A DNA stretch of 63,200 bases, the filler included, from Diploschistes diacapsis (Eukaryota), in assembly GCA_023645945.1 (NCBI GenBank). It is 19 parts of 19 records of this genome, joined end to end, with 100 filler letters (N's around TTAATTAATTAA, not from the genome) between each part and the next. Parts side by side here need not be neighbours in the genome. Positions count along the whole stretch, not along the records: positions 49,976 to 51,209 come from JALAIB010003526.1; positions 51,310 to 52,543 come from JALAIB010003527.1; positions 52,644 to 53,876 come from JALAIB010003528.1; positions 53,977 to 55,209 come from JALAIB010003529.1; positions 55,310 to 56,542 come from JALAIB010003530.1; positions 56,643 to 57,875 come from JALAIB010003531.1; positions 57,976 to 59,207 come from JALAIB010003532.1; positions 59,308 to 60,538 come from JALAIB010003533.1; 11 more parts are not named here. One strand, 5' to 3'. The notes beneath the pieces are model-generated. The model had not been told where the DNA came from, did no database searches, and worked only from the letters and a program-made list of their open reading frames with translations. Positions 50,475 to 62,501 of the stretch are shown here, piece after piece. Made by a program: the position numbers and the translations under genes. Numbering within the stretch: the first letter of the stretch is position 1; the number at the start of each line of letters is the position of its first letter.

Positions 50475-51441
50475 CTACCCTTCTTTCTAGATACTTATGT
50501 CTCTTACAAGCGCGATGTTCTTTTTTAATTAATCTTTACCTCGATCTTTACCTTTTTTTTTAATTTGTTTAAAAGAATACTCGTTATTCTTTCGTAATAG
50601 ATATTTCCGTTTTTTAAATCTCTTTTAACGTCGTTTTTAGTTAAATACGTTTTTAGATTTTATAAAAAAATATGATTATTATAATAATCGATATCGTTTT
50701 ATTTTAAAGATTCGTTCCCGTCTATAATTCTTATTAACGTAGATTATTTATCTCCGAGTATGTTACGATCCAGGCTGCTAACCTGTCACGTCCCAGCCAC
50801 TCACTAGGAAACACTCACTGACGTTCGGGTCACGTGAGTTGTTGGAGCGAGCGGCGCCGCTCCGTGCGTTCTTAAAAGCAATAAGCGGCGCTTTTTTTGT
50901 TCTATGAGAGCCGTCGCCGGCGTTTCTTTCGCTTTAATAAAGCATAGAGAGCTAATATTAGTGCTTTATAAGAAACTTAAATATATAATCTTTTTTTTGG
51001 ATATACCTTTATTCGGTGTGTTTATTTTTATAAATATTCTTAATTATTGCTCGAGATTAATTTATATTCGTTACTTCTATTATTAAAAAGCTTTCTTTTT
51101 AAAGATAATCCAAGATCTATGATTGTTCTATCTTCTTTTCTTGCCACATTCCTTTTTTAACAGAGACCAAACCCACTTTAATTTTACTTATATATATCTT
51201 GTATAGATANNNNNNNNNNNNNNNNNNNNNNNNNNNNNNNNNNNNNNNNNNNNTTAATTAATTAANNNNNNNNNNNNNNNNNNNNNNNNNNNNNNNNNNN
51301 NNNNNNNNNGATTATTATTTATAATAAGTCGGCGAATAATACTTTCAAGTTTCGATTATTATGAATTCATTTGAATACTTAATTCGATTAACGTTTTAAA
51401 CTTTCGTCATGAGTACGAAGATAAAGTAAACTTTTCGAATA

Positions 51442-51760
51442 TAAAACGTTAACGTAAGAAAGGATATTTTTCTATCGGGGACTGGGTTTGATCCGGAAGG
51501 ATTAGATGTAGTTAGGTATTTATAGGTAAAAGATCTCGATTCGAAAAACTAAAGAAGAAACTATTTAGATGGGAGGAAGGTACCGTTAAGTAGTGTGGAT
51601 GTTAGGCCTACCGGGGTTCGGGGACTACCCATCTATACAGCCACCCCCTGACCCTGCCGTGTCTTGGCAAGCACCTGGGCATTGACCCTGCCGTGTCTTG
51701 GCAAGCACCTGGGCATTAACCCTGCCGTGGCTTGGCAGGCCCCTGGGCTGGGCTGTCTCA
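51442..51760 (-). mobile_element. LTR family A, 5' LTR
   Basis: Shares its internal flank (51340-51440) with the copy at 62205; PBS-position sequence ATTCGAAAAG on the minus strand. Confidence 0.8.
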
Positions 51761-52220
51761 ATACGTACGTAATAGGAGAATTAATAATACTATCCACGAA
51801 GAACTTACACCTTAAACAACTTAATAAGAAATTGTTTCATAAATTTATTAAACCATTTCGCATTATTACCGTAACCCGTTCGCAGGTTTACCGGTTGGCA
51901 CTATCGAAAGAATATTCAGAATTATATCCGGTATTCCATATTTCGTTGCTTGAACCATACAAAACCAGAAATAATAACCCTGAAAATAGACTAATACCGC
52001 TACCAGAATTAATAAATGATCAACAAGAATAAAAAGTCGAGAAATTACTAGATAAAATAAAAGAAAAGGGCATTATATGATATTATATAAAATGGCTGGG
52101 CTGGCTAAATAAATATAATTCATAAATCAAAATTAAAGACTTGTAAAGATCTTAAAATTTAATCGATGATTATAATAAATATCACTCGTAACCTAAAAAG
52201 GACAAACCAAAAAAAAGATA
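51761..52220 (+). mobile_element. Gypsy integrase C-terminal region and chromodomain, RIP-mutated
   Basis: LSTKNL.LK...KKL..KFI.PFRI...YRLAL....LYPVFHISLLEPY, then E*KVEKLLD...YIIKWLGW. Confidence 0.8.
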
Positions 52221-53219
52221 AATATAATTTTATTTATATCTATAAAAAGTAAAATAACCTTTAAAGGTTTTTATTTATCACGTGACCGGTGTCACCATGA
52301 TTGGACTATATACAAAGAGCGATTGGGAAGTGCCCGACTAGCTGTGACGTACCAGGTGACCACTCGGTACCCTGGATCGTAACATCATCCCCAATCCGCT
52401 TAAAAAAATTAACGCCTGACATAATCAATATGCACTTTTTAAATATAAAAAAATCCTAAGTCGTGAGATAACGATATCTTCTTTATCTTCGAAACAAAAG
52501 AAACGTTTAAATTTTATTATTCGTTTTCGGGATTATTTAAATANNNNNNNNNNNNNNNNNNNNNNNNNNNNNNNNNNNNNNNNNNNNTTAATTAATTAAN
52601 NNNNNNNNNNNNNNNNNNNNNNNNNNNNNNNNNNNNNNNNNNNATATAAAACTCGAATATTATTAATTTTAGATATATAGAAAGTAATTAAATATATAAG
52701 AAACATTTTAAGATCTTTAAGTAAAGATACTATATTAATCTTAAAATAAGCTATACTTATAATAAATAAACTGATATATATTAAAATAAACTTACGGCGT
52801 ATTAAATTAATAATTATACCAGATTCCGCCGTTCCGATCGACCTCGTCTTAATAATAGAAATAAAAAGGAATCAAATATTAATTATAAATAGGTAACTTA
52901 TCTTATTAAAGGTTAGAGATTCACCCGCGATTAATAAAAGCGTCGGATCCGACCCTATAGATATCGATACTGAACAAAAAATCCTAAAATCTTATAATTA
53001 GAACGGCCTCGCGTCCGGTTTTGATAATCTTCCGCCCCCTATCGTGCCTATAGGACCTGCTGTAATGAAAGTAAGGAGGGTAATTCTCGCAAAGGTGCAC
53101 GGTTATAAATATAAGTAGGAAAGGGAATTATATGTTATTCTAAATATTAAGAATCTGAAATAAAAAGAGGTTTTATAATAATATAAAGGTTTTGTTTTTA
53201 AGAAACGTGAGCGTTCTTT

Positions 53220-53748
53220 TGTTACGATCCAAGTACCAGACTTGGCACGTCCCAGCTTTGTATATAGATTAGTCACGGGACCAGGGGTCATGTGATACGC
53301 TCACTGCTCGCGCTCATTCTTATAAGCGGCGAGCGGGTTTTCGCCACCGTTCGACGGTCGCGTTTATTTTTATAAACGGTAAGCCTCGAAGGCACCGTTC
53401 GCTGAATTTACAATAAACGACGAACGAGTTAATTATATATAAGCACGATTCTACCTTCGTGAAAGAGGGCGTGTTCATTTTTATAAATATTTTAAGTTAT
53501 TACTCGGGATTAATTTATATTCGTTATTTTTATTATTTTAAAACCTTTTTTTTAGAGATAATTTAAGATCTATAACTATTTTATCTTCTTTTCCTATTAT
53601 ATTTTTTTTCTAATAAAGATTAAACCTATCTTGATTTTACTCGTGTATATCTTATATAGATAAAGATTATAATACTTAAATATTTTTAAGAATAAATATT
53701 ACTAATAATATAACCGAACGATTATTATCGATAGCTAGATCCGTAACA
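53220..53748 (+). mobile_element. LTR family B, complete (529 bp)
   Basis: 7-bp terminal inverted repeat TGTTACG...CGTAACA and an internal TATATAAG; no clean target site duplication. Confidence 0.75.
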
Positions 53749-54415
53749 TCTCGCGTATTTAAGGAAATAACGCTATTAAATAAAACCGATGTCCGTATAA
53801 AAGATATAATGGAAGCTAAAAACGATAATCTCGGAAATAACGATAAACCTAACGAAGATAAATTGTATAGAAAACCNNNNNNNNNNNNNNNNNNNNNNNN
53901 NNNNNNNNNNNNNNNNNNNNTTAATTAATTAANNNNNNNNNNNNNNNNNNNNNNNNNNNNNNNNNNNNNNNNNNNNTTCTAAAATTATTAAAATTAAAAA
54001 AATATTTTAAAATATTTCGGTAAATGTACGGACACGTATATCGTAATAAAAATTTTCTCGATACGGACACTTACACGGATATTATATTATAATAAAAATA
54101 CGGATACGGATATCGTAGTAAAAATTTTTAAAATATAAATATTAATACGGATACAATATTTCCGTGAATCCACGGACACGGATACCGCAGTTAAAAAATC
54201 TAAAACACGGATACTGATACTGTCAGTGTCCGTGTCACTGACACGGCCGTGTTAGTGTCAGTGACGGCCAGCCTATAACAGATATCTGTCGCCGGATGTT
54301 TGTTAATCACGTAACCTAATATCCGTGGTTGGCTATATACAAGGAATGGTTGGGAAGTGCCCCAGTCAGCTGTGACGTGCCAAATGGCTACGCCCTAGCT
54401 ACTTGGATCGTAACA

Positions 54416-54475
54416 ATGGTGAAGATGACTGTTGGCAGACCTTTTGGTCGTGGGTTTGAATCCCACTGCTGCCAC
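54416..54475 (+). other. Second, 5'-truncated copy of the tRNA-like element
   Basis: ATGGTGAAGATGACTGTTGGCAGACCTTTTGGTCGTGGGTTTGAATCCCACTGCTGCCAC aligns with 19763-19826 and abuts an LTR-B terminus at 54415. Confidence 0.7.
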
Positions 54476-54703
54476 AACTCCGAATATTTCTTTACTTTAG
54501 GCTTAGCAACTTGACTTAATCTTAAAGCGGCTAGCTACCTTCGACGTAACGATTAATATTTAACTTCGGAAAGGTTTTCGATTTAGATTAACAGGTCGAA
54601 AAAGATGCGAACTAATAAAGTATGTAGAATAACATCATTAAGATTTCATAATATATCGGAATACTTAAAGTATTATTTGAAGTTAATATTGACGTATAAG
54701 CTA

Positions 54704-54969
54704 CAGTGCTATGCCAAAAGTAGTTAAGTCCCTTCCATTTCTTACCAAAAAGTCACGTTTCTAACCCTTATATCTCTGCGAAAACGCTTTTAAATTCTTT
54801 TTTAAAAAATTCAGAAGCTTTTTAGAGCTTTGATTAATTTGTATTTATTTTTTAGAACTTTTATAAAATCTCCTGGACGCCGTACAATACGACGCAAAAA
54901 ACGGGGGTATAATTGCTGCATCCGTAAGCGAGATTTTTAGCGGAGACCATTTTACCTAAATATTTGACC
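54704..54969 (+). mobile_element. Tc1/mariner-like end interrupted by the hAT-like MITE
   Basis: TA followed by CAGTGCTATGCCAAAAGTAGT, similar to the terminus at 20084. Confidence 0.45.
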
Positions 54970-57900
54970 TAGGCTGGCCGTTTCGTGCCACGGTCACTGA
55001 CACGGACACTACAGTAAAAAATTTCAAAACACGGATACTAACACGGACACTATAGTTAAAAATTTAAAACACGGATACTAACACGAATACTACATTACAG
55101 TAAAAGCACGGACACGGACACTACAATTAATAATTTTAAAATATTAATATTAATACGGACACTACATTTCCGTAAATCCATCGAAACACTACGGTAAATC
55201 CATCGAAATNNNNNNNNNNNNNNNNNNNNNNNNNNNNNNNNNNNNNNNNNNNNTTAATTAATTAANNNNNNNNNNNNNNNNNNNNNNNNNNNNNNNNNNN
55301 NNNNNNNNNCATTATACTGCAATAAAAGCACGGACACGGATATTATAATTAAAAATTTTAAAACATTAATACTGATACGGACATTACATTTCCGTAAATT
55401 TACCGAAACACTGCGGTGAATCCACCGAAACACCGCAGTGAAATTTTTAAAAAAAAATAATAGCGTAAGAAATAGGCGTGATAATTCTAGAATTATTAAA
55501 ATTAAAAAAATAATTTAAAATGTTTCGGTAAATACACGGACACGGACACCGTAATAAAAAATTTTTCGATACGGATACTGACACGGATACTACATTATAG
55601 TAAAAGCACGGACACGGATACTACAATTAAAAATTTTAAAACATTGATACTGACACGGACACTGCATTTCCGTGAATCCACGGACACGGACACCGCAGCT
55701 AAAAAATCTAAAACACGGATACTGACACTGTCAGTGTCCGTGTCACTGACACGGCCGTGTCAGTGTCAGTGACGGCCAGCCTACTTTATATTGTTCGTTT
55801 ATTAAAACGTTTTCGTAATAAGTTTGAAAGATAACGTTTATAACGATTCCGTAAAAAATATAGGTTATGATTTCGTATTTCGTGAATTCGTATATATAAT
55901 TTTTATATTCGTTAAGAATTATATGATCTAAATGCTTTCGGTCGTTAACAATAATAATTTCCGTTAAAAGTATTTTGTTTTTTCGATAATACGGTTATTA
56001 ACACGGAACTCGTATAATACGTCTTTATTCGGATTGTTGCATAAAAGTCCTCGAATATTCGGTTTAACGTCAGAAATTAGATCGTATATCCAAACGTATG
56101 AGAATAATTATTTTATTAATTCCCTATATTCCGTTATATCGTTGTTCGGAGTATCGTGATTTTTCGAAATTAATTAGTTTATCGATATCTAAGTTAATAA
56201 AGGCTTAATTTCGATATCTTTATTAATAGATTCGTCGGTGTCGCCTTGTCAGGCTATGTTATCCGATTTAATTATAATTTCTTTTTAAGGTTGTCCGTCC
56301 GTTAAGTAATTTTCTGTATAATTGAACGTAGTTACGTTAAGTTATAGAATAATCGCGGCGAAAGTATTTTCTTTATGGACCGTATTCTTGTTTTTATAAT
56401 TTCGAGCGAAGTAATTAATTCTGTTATATTCGAAGTATTTCTTTCTTTTAATTATAGGTCCTTCGTTAGGTCCTTTAATTCTTTTTTTTTAATTAAAACG
56501 GGGTTTATTAATTAAAATATCGATGTCTATAACGTCGTTATTNNNNNNNNNNNNNNNNNNNNNNNNNNNNNNNNNNNNNNNNNNNNTTAATTAATTAANN
56601 NNNNNNNNNNNNNNNNNNNNNNNNNNNNNNNNNNNNNNNNNNGAAATCGAATGGTTTAATAATGGTTTAATTAAACATCGATGATTATCGGAAATATCGA
56701 GATGATCCAACGAAAACAAACTGAATATCCATGATTATTAAAGATATCGAGATATTTTAGTAAAGTTTAGCTAAACTTCGATCGTTATCGAAAATATCGA
56801 ACAAATTCAATAATAAACGCGATTAAATGTCGATCATTGATAAAAGATCGATAAGATTTAACGTAAATTCAATTAAACTTTAATATTATTAAGAAAAAAA
56901 GGAAATCGGAGGTTTTTCCTTGGCCTATGCAGACGAATCTAAATCCAAATATTTCTTATTTAGACCTACCCTAGGCCAGCGTAATAAGGTCCCGCGTTCT
57001 TTTAAAGTAATATAACTTCTATCTTTAAATCCGCCCACCTTAAGGTCTTATAATTCGGATTTTAAACTTTCGGATTTTTTCGATATAAATTTTTTAAATA
57101 AGGCCAACTGTTACGATCCAGGGTACCGGATGGTCACCTGGCACGTCACAGCTAGTCGGGCACTTCCCAACCATTCCTTATATATAGCCAACCACGGACG
57201 TTAGATCACGTGACTAACAGATATCCAGCGACAGACATTTATTAGGGACAGATCTGCCTAAACAGTTATTTATTAATAACAGCTCTGTCGCAACAGCTCT
57301 ACTGTCGGTAATTAATTATCGCTCTAGATTATATATAAACGCGTTATAGTTTTTATGAATCGGGATATGTTTATTTTTATAAATATCTTTAGCGATTATT
57401 CGAGATTAATTTATATTCGTTACTCTTTATTATCTTATAGTAATCTTTTTAGAGATCAGTATAAACTAGGCTGGCCGTTTCGTGCCACGGTCACTGACAC
57501 GGACACTGCAGCAAAAATTTTCAAAACACGGACACTAACCCGGACACGACGGCTAAAATTTTAAAACACGAACAGGAACACGGACACTATACTACAATAA
57601 AAACACGAACACTGATACTATAATTAAAAATTTTAAAATATTAATATTAATACGGATATTATATTTCCGTAAATTTATCGAAATATTACGGTGAATCTAT
57701 CGAATCATTATAATAAAAATTTTTTAAAAAAATAAAAACGTGAGAAATAAACGTAATAATTCTAGAATTATTAAAATTAAAAAAATATTTTAAAATATTT
57801 TGATAAATATACTGACACGGATACCGTAGTAAAGATTTTCTCGATACGAACATTAAGACGGATATTATATTATAGNNNNNNNNNNNNNNNNNNNNNNNNN

Positions 57901-58906
57901 NNNNNNNNNNNNNNNNNNNTTAATTAATTAANNNNNNNNNNNNNNNNNNNNNNNNNNNNNNNNNNNNNNNNNNNNCCCTAATCTAATCAGTTTTGATCTT
58001 TTACGGCATTTCTACATAGAGATTTGACCTCCTATATAGTTATTTAGGCGGATCCAATCCGCGTTTGCTTTAAAATCAACTTTTTGTGATCTACATGGAT
58101 GCATCGGAGATGGCACCCTTGTGACGCAGTATGGCTCGTATATGTAATGCATACTAATTACTATGGGAACTAGATATGAGCTAAACAGCTTGGCAGACAC
58201 ACTATATGTGACCGGGGTGGGGAGCAGGTGGTGCTCCCGAATCGCCCTGCTATATCTGGACATTAACGGGGAAACAACAATCCTGCAGTTCTATCGATTG
58301 TAGCGGAAAGTGGTTTTTTTTTTTTTTTTTTAAAAAAGATCAGGCAGAGAAGCTGGATAGTTTTGCTATTCTAGGCAGCTGTGTGAGTGTCCCAAGTCTG
58401 CATTCGGGTGAGATTGCGCCTGAAAGCGAGACACCATGACATGTTAATCCCTCATTTCACCATACTGGCATTAGCCATACAAAGACAGGCAAGAACTGTG
58501 CAAGTAGATGACAGAGATAGTGCGAGGTTACGAGCGGCTTTCGGTTGAGGAAAAGGTCGGCCTCTAAGCTATTCTCATGTCTCGCTCACTGTGATATTGT
58601 ATGTGAGGGATGTCGAGTCATTTCTTCATCCTGTCTTGTGAGCTTACGACCAATGAACTAATTCCCCATCTTCTATGAGGATTACGCTTGTTTCAAGACA
58701 TCAAGAATGAGTGCCCAACTCTTGTGCACCCAGGAAGTGCTTTGATGAATATAACTCTCCTTTTCCCCCTTCTTCAAGATTCTTGTTCATTCTTGTTAGT
58801 TGCAACAGCACCGTCTTCTTCTTCGTCCATTGCCGTTCAGTTCAACGGAACAGACTGCTTCATCTACTTGTTCGTGAACAAACAAGGCATCTTGCGGCCT
58901 TTCATC

Positions 58907-59203
58907 ATGCATCTTCAGCAAACCATCGCTATTATTGCCGCCATCTCCTTGGCCGGAGCTGGAGCTGGAGCTTTGTCGGCGACTGAACGCGGATACCTGT
59001 CGGATCCAGCAAGTATCAATCAGCGCCGCGGAGAGATGCCCGATCCGGCAAGCATCAATCAGCGCCGCGGAGAGATGCCCGATCCAGCGAGCATCAATCA
59101 GCGCCGAGAAGGGCTCTCGGATCCGGCGAGCATCGGTCAAGGCGACAACCAGCGCCGTGGAGAGATCCCGGATCCGGCTAGTATCAACCAACGGAGCATC
59201 TAA
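58907..59203 (+). CDS. Small secreted Kex2-processed repeat protein (KEP), 98 aa
   Basis: Signal peptide MHLQQTIAIIAAISLAGAGA followed by five xxx(S/P)DPASI(N/G)Q units separated by RR; 39-bp tandem DNA units with synonymous variation; CATCATG start context. Confidence 0.85.
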   Translation: MHLQQTIAIIAAISLAGAGAGALSATERGYLSDPASINQRRGEMPDPASINQRRGEMPDPASINQRREGLSDPASIGQGDNQRRGEIPDPASINQRSI

Positions 59204-59529
59204 GCAANNNNNNNNNNNNNNNNNNNNNNNNNNNNNNNNNNNNNNNNNNNNTTAATTAATTAANNNNNNNNNNNNNNNNNNNNNNNNNNNNNNNNNNNNN
59301 NNNNNNNATCCTAGGTATTAATTAAGATAGATTTAATCTCGTGGAAAATGTTTCATGAAAAATAAAGAAACAAATAATTATAGATCTAAAACTAATCTTC
59401 AAAATTTTTTTAAAATAATAAAAATAACGAAGATAATTTAAATTTCAAATAACAACTAAAGATTACTATAAAAAAGAACTTTTAGAACAGTAGGCCGTTC
59501 TACCAAAATTATATACCTTAGTTCATATA

Positions 59530-60538
59530 ACAGATACCTGTGACAGTCCTCCGGGCGAGCGGAGGATCTCAGCCTTAGAACCGCGCCAAGGCCGCGGGCC
59601 TACATAAGAGGGATTTTTAGGAAGGATTCTTCTACTTTCTTTTCTAGGAATTAGTTTATGAGTATTATCATCATTGTTCAAACGAGATCGAAATATTTGA
59701 AATCGAAGAGTTACGAGATCGATTATATAATCGCCCCTAGGGCAACAACGGAGAGATGGCAATGACGCAACGAGGAGGAGGAGAATCGCGTCGTGACGCG
59801 TCTTATTCTCAGCAGGACCGCGCATGCGGGTCGGTAGGGAGCTCGAACGCGAAAGATAGATTAAAAAACGCAATACAAGCAATCGGGGCATACGTGAAAA
59901 TAGGATAGAACGAAAGATTAATATAATTCTAGATTATAATAACGGAAGCGATACGCGGAAACGACGCCGGCGCGTCGGAACTTAATCGTAAGAAAAACGC
60001 GTCAAAATTAAAAGAAAGACTGAACACGATTAAAAAAAATATAAAAACGATATAAAGGATTATGAAAAAATAAAAAAGTAACCGTAACAATATCGGAAAC
60101 AAGAACTGGGTTTAAGTAATAAATTCCACCCCCGAGAAAAAGAACAGGGTAATAGAAATATTAAAAAGAACGATTAGGGAGGTTATAATTCGGCTAAGAA
60201 ATAAGATATAAACGAGAAAGCAACGGAATGGACCCGAGTTAATAACGGACGCGAAGAAAGTTAAAATAAAGAACATTATTGCAGCCCGACGGTTCCTTAA
60301 TGGGAACGTAAGATTCGTAATAGATTAAAAAGAAATAAAAAACGAAATCGAGAAAGTAGAAGAATAAATAATGATATTCGAACGAAAAGCGAAAATAATA
60401 CGAAAGAAATTTATAATAATAACGTATAAAATACGAATAAATTTCGTAAATATTAAGGAATAAAACGCAGTAATATACGTTATTAATAAAATAAACCCGA
60501 ATTTAAAGAACATAATACGCCGAATAATATGAAAAAAG
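59530..60538 (+). mobile_element. LINE (Tad1-like) 5' region and ORF1 remnant, RIP-mutated
   Basis: GC-rich leader then a stop-riddled frame containing IIAARRFLNGNVRF, resembling the AAR.LPSGD motif of fungal LINE ORF1. Confidence 0.45.
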
Positions 60539-60638
60539 NNNNNNNNNNNNNNNNNNNNNNNNNNNNNNNNNNNNNNNNNNNNTTAATTAATTAANNNNNN
60601 NNNNNNNNNNNNNNNNNNNNNNNNNNNNNNNNNNNNNN

Positions 60639-61195
60639 GGAATATAGTGTGCCATACGGTTTATGCCGGGGGACTTTTACCCGTTAATAAATATTATAAT
60701 TATTAATATATTTATTAATATATTCCTTTATATTTTCTTAATAGAATTTTCGGGTTAAAAGCTCGTAAGTACGTTCTACGCCATAATAATTTAATAATTC
60801 ATAATCGTGGATTAACCGTAATAACTCCGATTTAATACCGTCGTCTTTTAAAACGTATATATAGTTCTTATAATATAGCAACCCTATGCCATCATAATGC
60901 CATACCGTTTTAATTACGATATTAATACGGATAGGTTGCGATAGAAGAAATGTTTTTTTTAGTAAAACCGTTCGTTGTATATAGGGTACGTATTAAGTCG
61001 AATAGTTTCTTTATAGGTGAAATATCGACAGGTTTTCGTCTCGTGAACGAATGCTCGCGGAATAAATAGGTAGTTTATTATTGATTTTTTTTGGATAACT
61101 AGCGTTTTAGTTGACTTACGATGGATTTACGGTATTTAATCGTTATTTTCGTTTCCCGAATGTTCTGGGTTAAATATATTAAAGGTTAATAATAC
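60639..61195 (-). mobile_element. Gypsy pol remnant (integrase zinc-binding region)
   Basis: The minus strand reads LYYKNYIYV...ELLRLIHD......GVERTYELLTRKFY...RVKVPRHKPYG. Confidence 0.75.
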
Positions 61196-61199
61196 TTTA

Positions 61200-61869
61200 A
61201 CGTGTTTCACTGTCATCTGGGCCACTTTTGCCAAGAAATATTTTAAATCTTTAATAACTCTTCGAATTTAATCGTTATGTTGATTTTGTTTCAAAACGTT
61301 ACTATTAGCTTAATCATTTAGCAGATCCGAAAAGTGCACATTGACTATGTCAGTAGTTATTTTTTTTAAAGCGAATTGAAAATAACGACTCGAGAACACG
61401 TATTATTTAATCTTTCAAAGTCGGTCAAAACGCAGCAAAAAAATATTTTTTGAATACATCATTATAAGCGGTTTTATGCTTAGATCTTAATTAAAATAAA
61501 ATAAAAAGTTTTTCGGCGTTATACAGTCGTTATCTGGTCTTATTCTTTGAAATCAGTAGATTTAAAGAATTTTGGTAGGCGACGGCTAGTTTTTCGTTTA
61601 GTCTAAAATCACTGAAAATGATGGAAAACGTTACACAACCACCCTATAACGTCAGAAAAACGTTTTTTTTTATATTTCGTTAAGATCTACGCATAAAACC
61701 GCTTATCATGATATATTTAAAAAAACATATTTTTCGCTGCGTTACGACCGATTTGGAAAGATAAAATAATACGTGTTTTCAAGTCGTTATTTTTAATTCG
61801 CTTTAAAAAAATAACTGCTGACATAACCAATGTGCACTTTTCGGATATGCTAAATGATTAAGCTAATAG
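61200..61869. mobile_element. Second foldback element (variant TIR), truncated by contig end
   Basis: TA | ACGTGTTTCACTGTCATCTGGGCCACTTTTGCCAAGAAATA; arms homologous to 42263-43159 and self-complementary around about 61590. Confidence 0.75.
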
Positions 61870-62204
61870 NNNNNNNNNNNNNNNNNNNNNNNNNNNNNNN
61901 NNNNNNNNNNNNNTTAATTAATTAANNNNNNNNNNNNNNNNNNNNNNNNNNNNNNNNNNNNNNNNNNNNCTATTAAATCGTATTCTTCAACCGATAACAT
62001 CTCGATTAATTTTTTAAAAAACGGAAATATTCTCGATTTTCTTTTTCTCTTTTAATCCTTTCTATCAACGGGAATTATTATTTATAATAAACCGGCGGGT
62101 AATATTTTCGAATTCCGGTTATCGTAGACTCACTCGAATACTTAATTCGATTAACGTTTTAAACTCTCGTCACGAATACGAAAGTAAAGTAAGCTTTTCG
62201 AATA

Positions 62205-62501
62205 TGAAACGCTAACGCAAGAATGGAATACTATATTACCGGGAGCTGGACCTGATCCGGAAGGATTACGTATAACTAAACATTTGTAGATAAAAGATCT
62301 CGATTCGAAAAGTTAGAAAAGAAACTATCTAAATGGAAGGATAACAGGAATAAATAATGTATAGGTGCCAGCCCTACGGGGTTCGGGTTCTACCCGCCTA
62401 CACAGCCACCCCCTAACATCCTTGGCACGGTTGGTACCCGTCATATGACCCTACCGTCACGTGACCCCGGTGGCTTGGCACGCCTGGGCTGATCTGTCTC
62501 A
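62205..62501 (-). mobile_element. LTR family A variant, 5' LTR with self-priming-type PBS
   Basis: TGAAAC...GTCTCA ends; adjacent 62192-62203 reads ATTCGAAAAGCT on the minus strand. Confidence 0.8.

Noticed and set aside
58907..59203. Alpha-type mating pheromone precursor
   Set aside because: Cores lack the Trp/Cys pattern, and most do not start with the XA/XP Ste13 spacers typical of Pezizomycotina alpha-pheromones; kept as an unclassified KEP.
20222..61969. Regularly spaced TTAATTAATTAA motif, resembling an array or biological repeat
   Set aside because: Always centred in identical N runs; it is a six-frame-stop linker added when contigs were concatenated.
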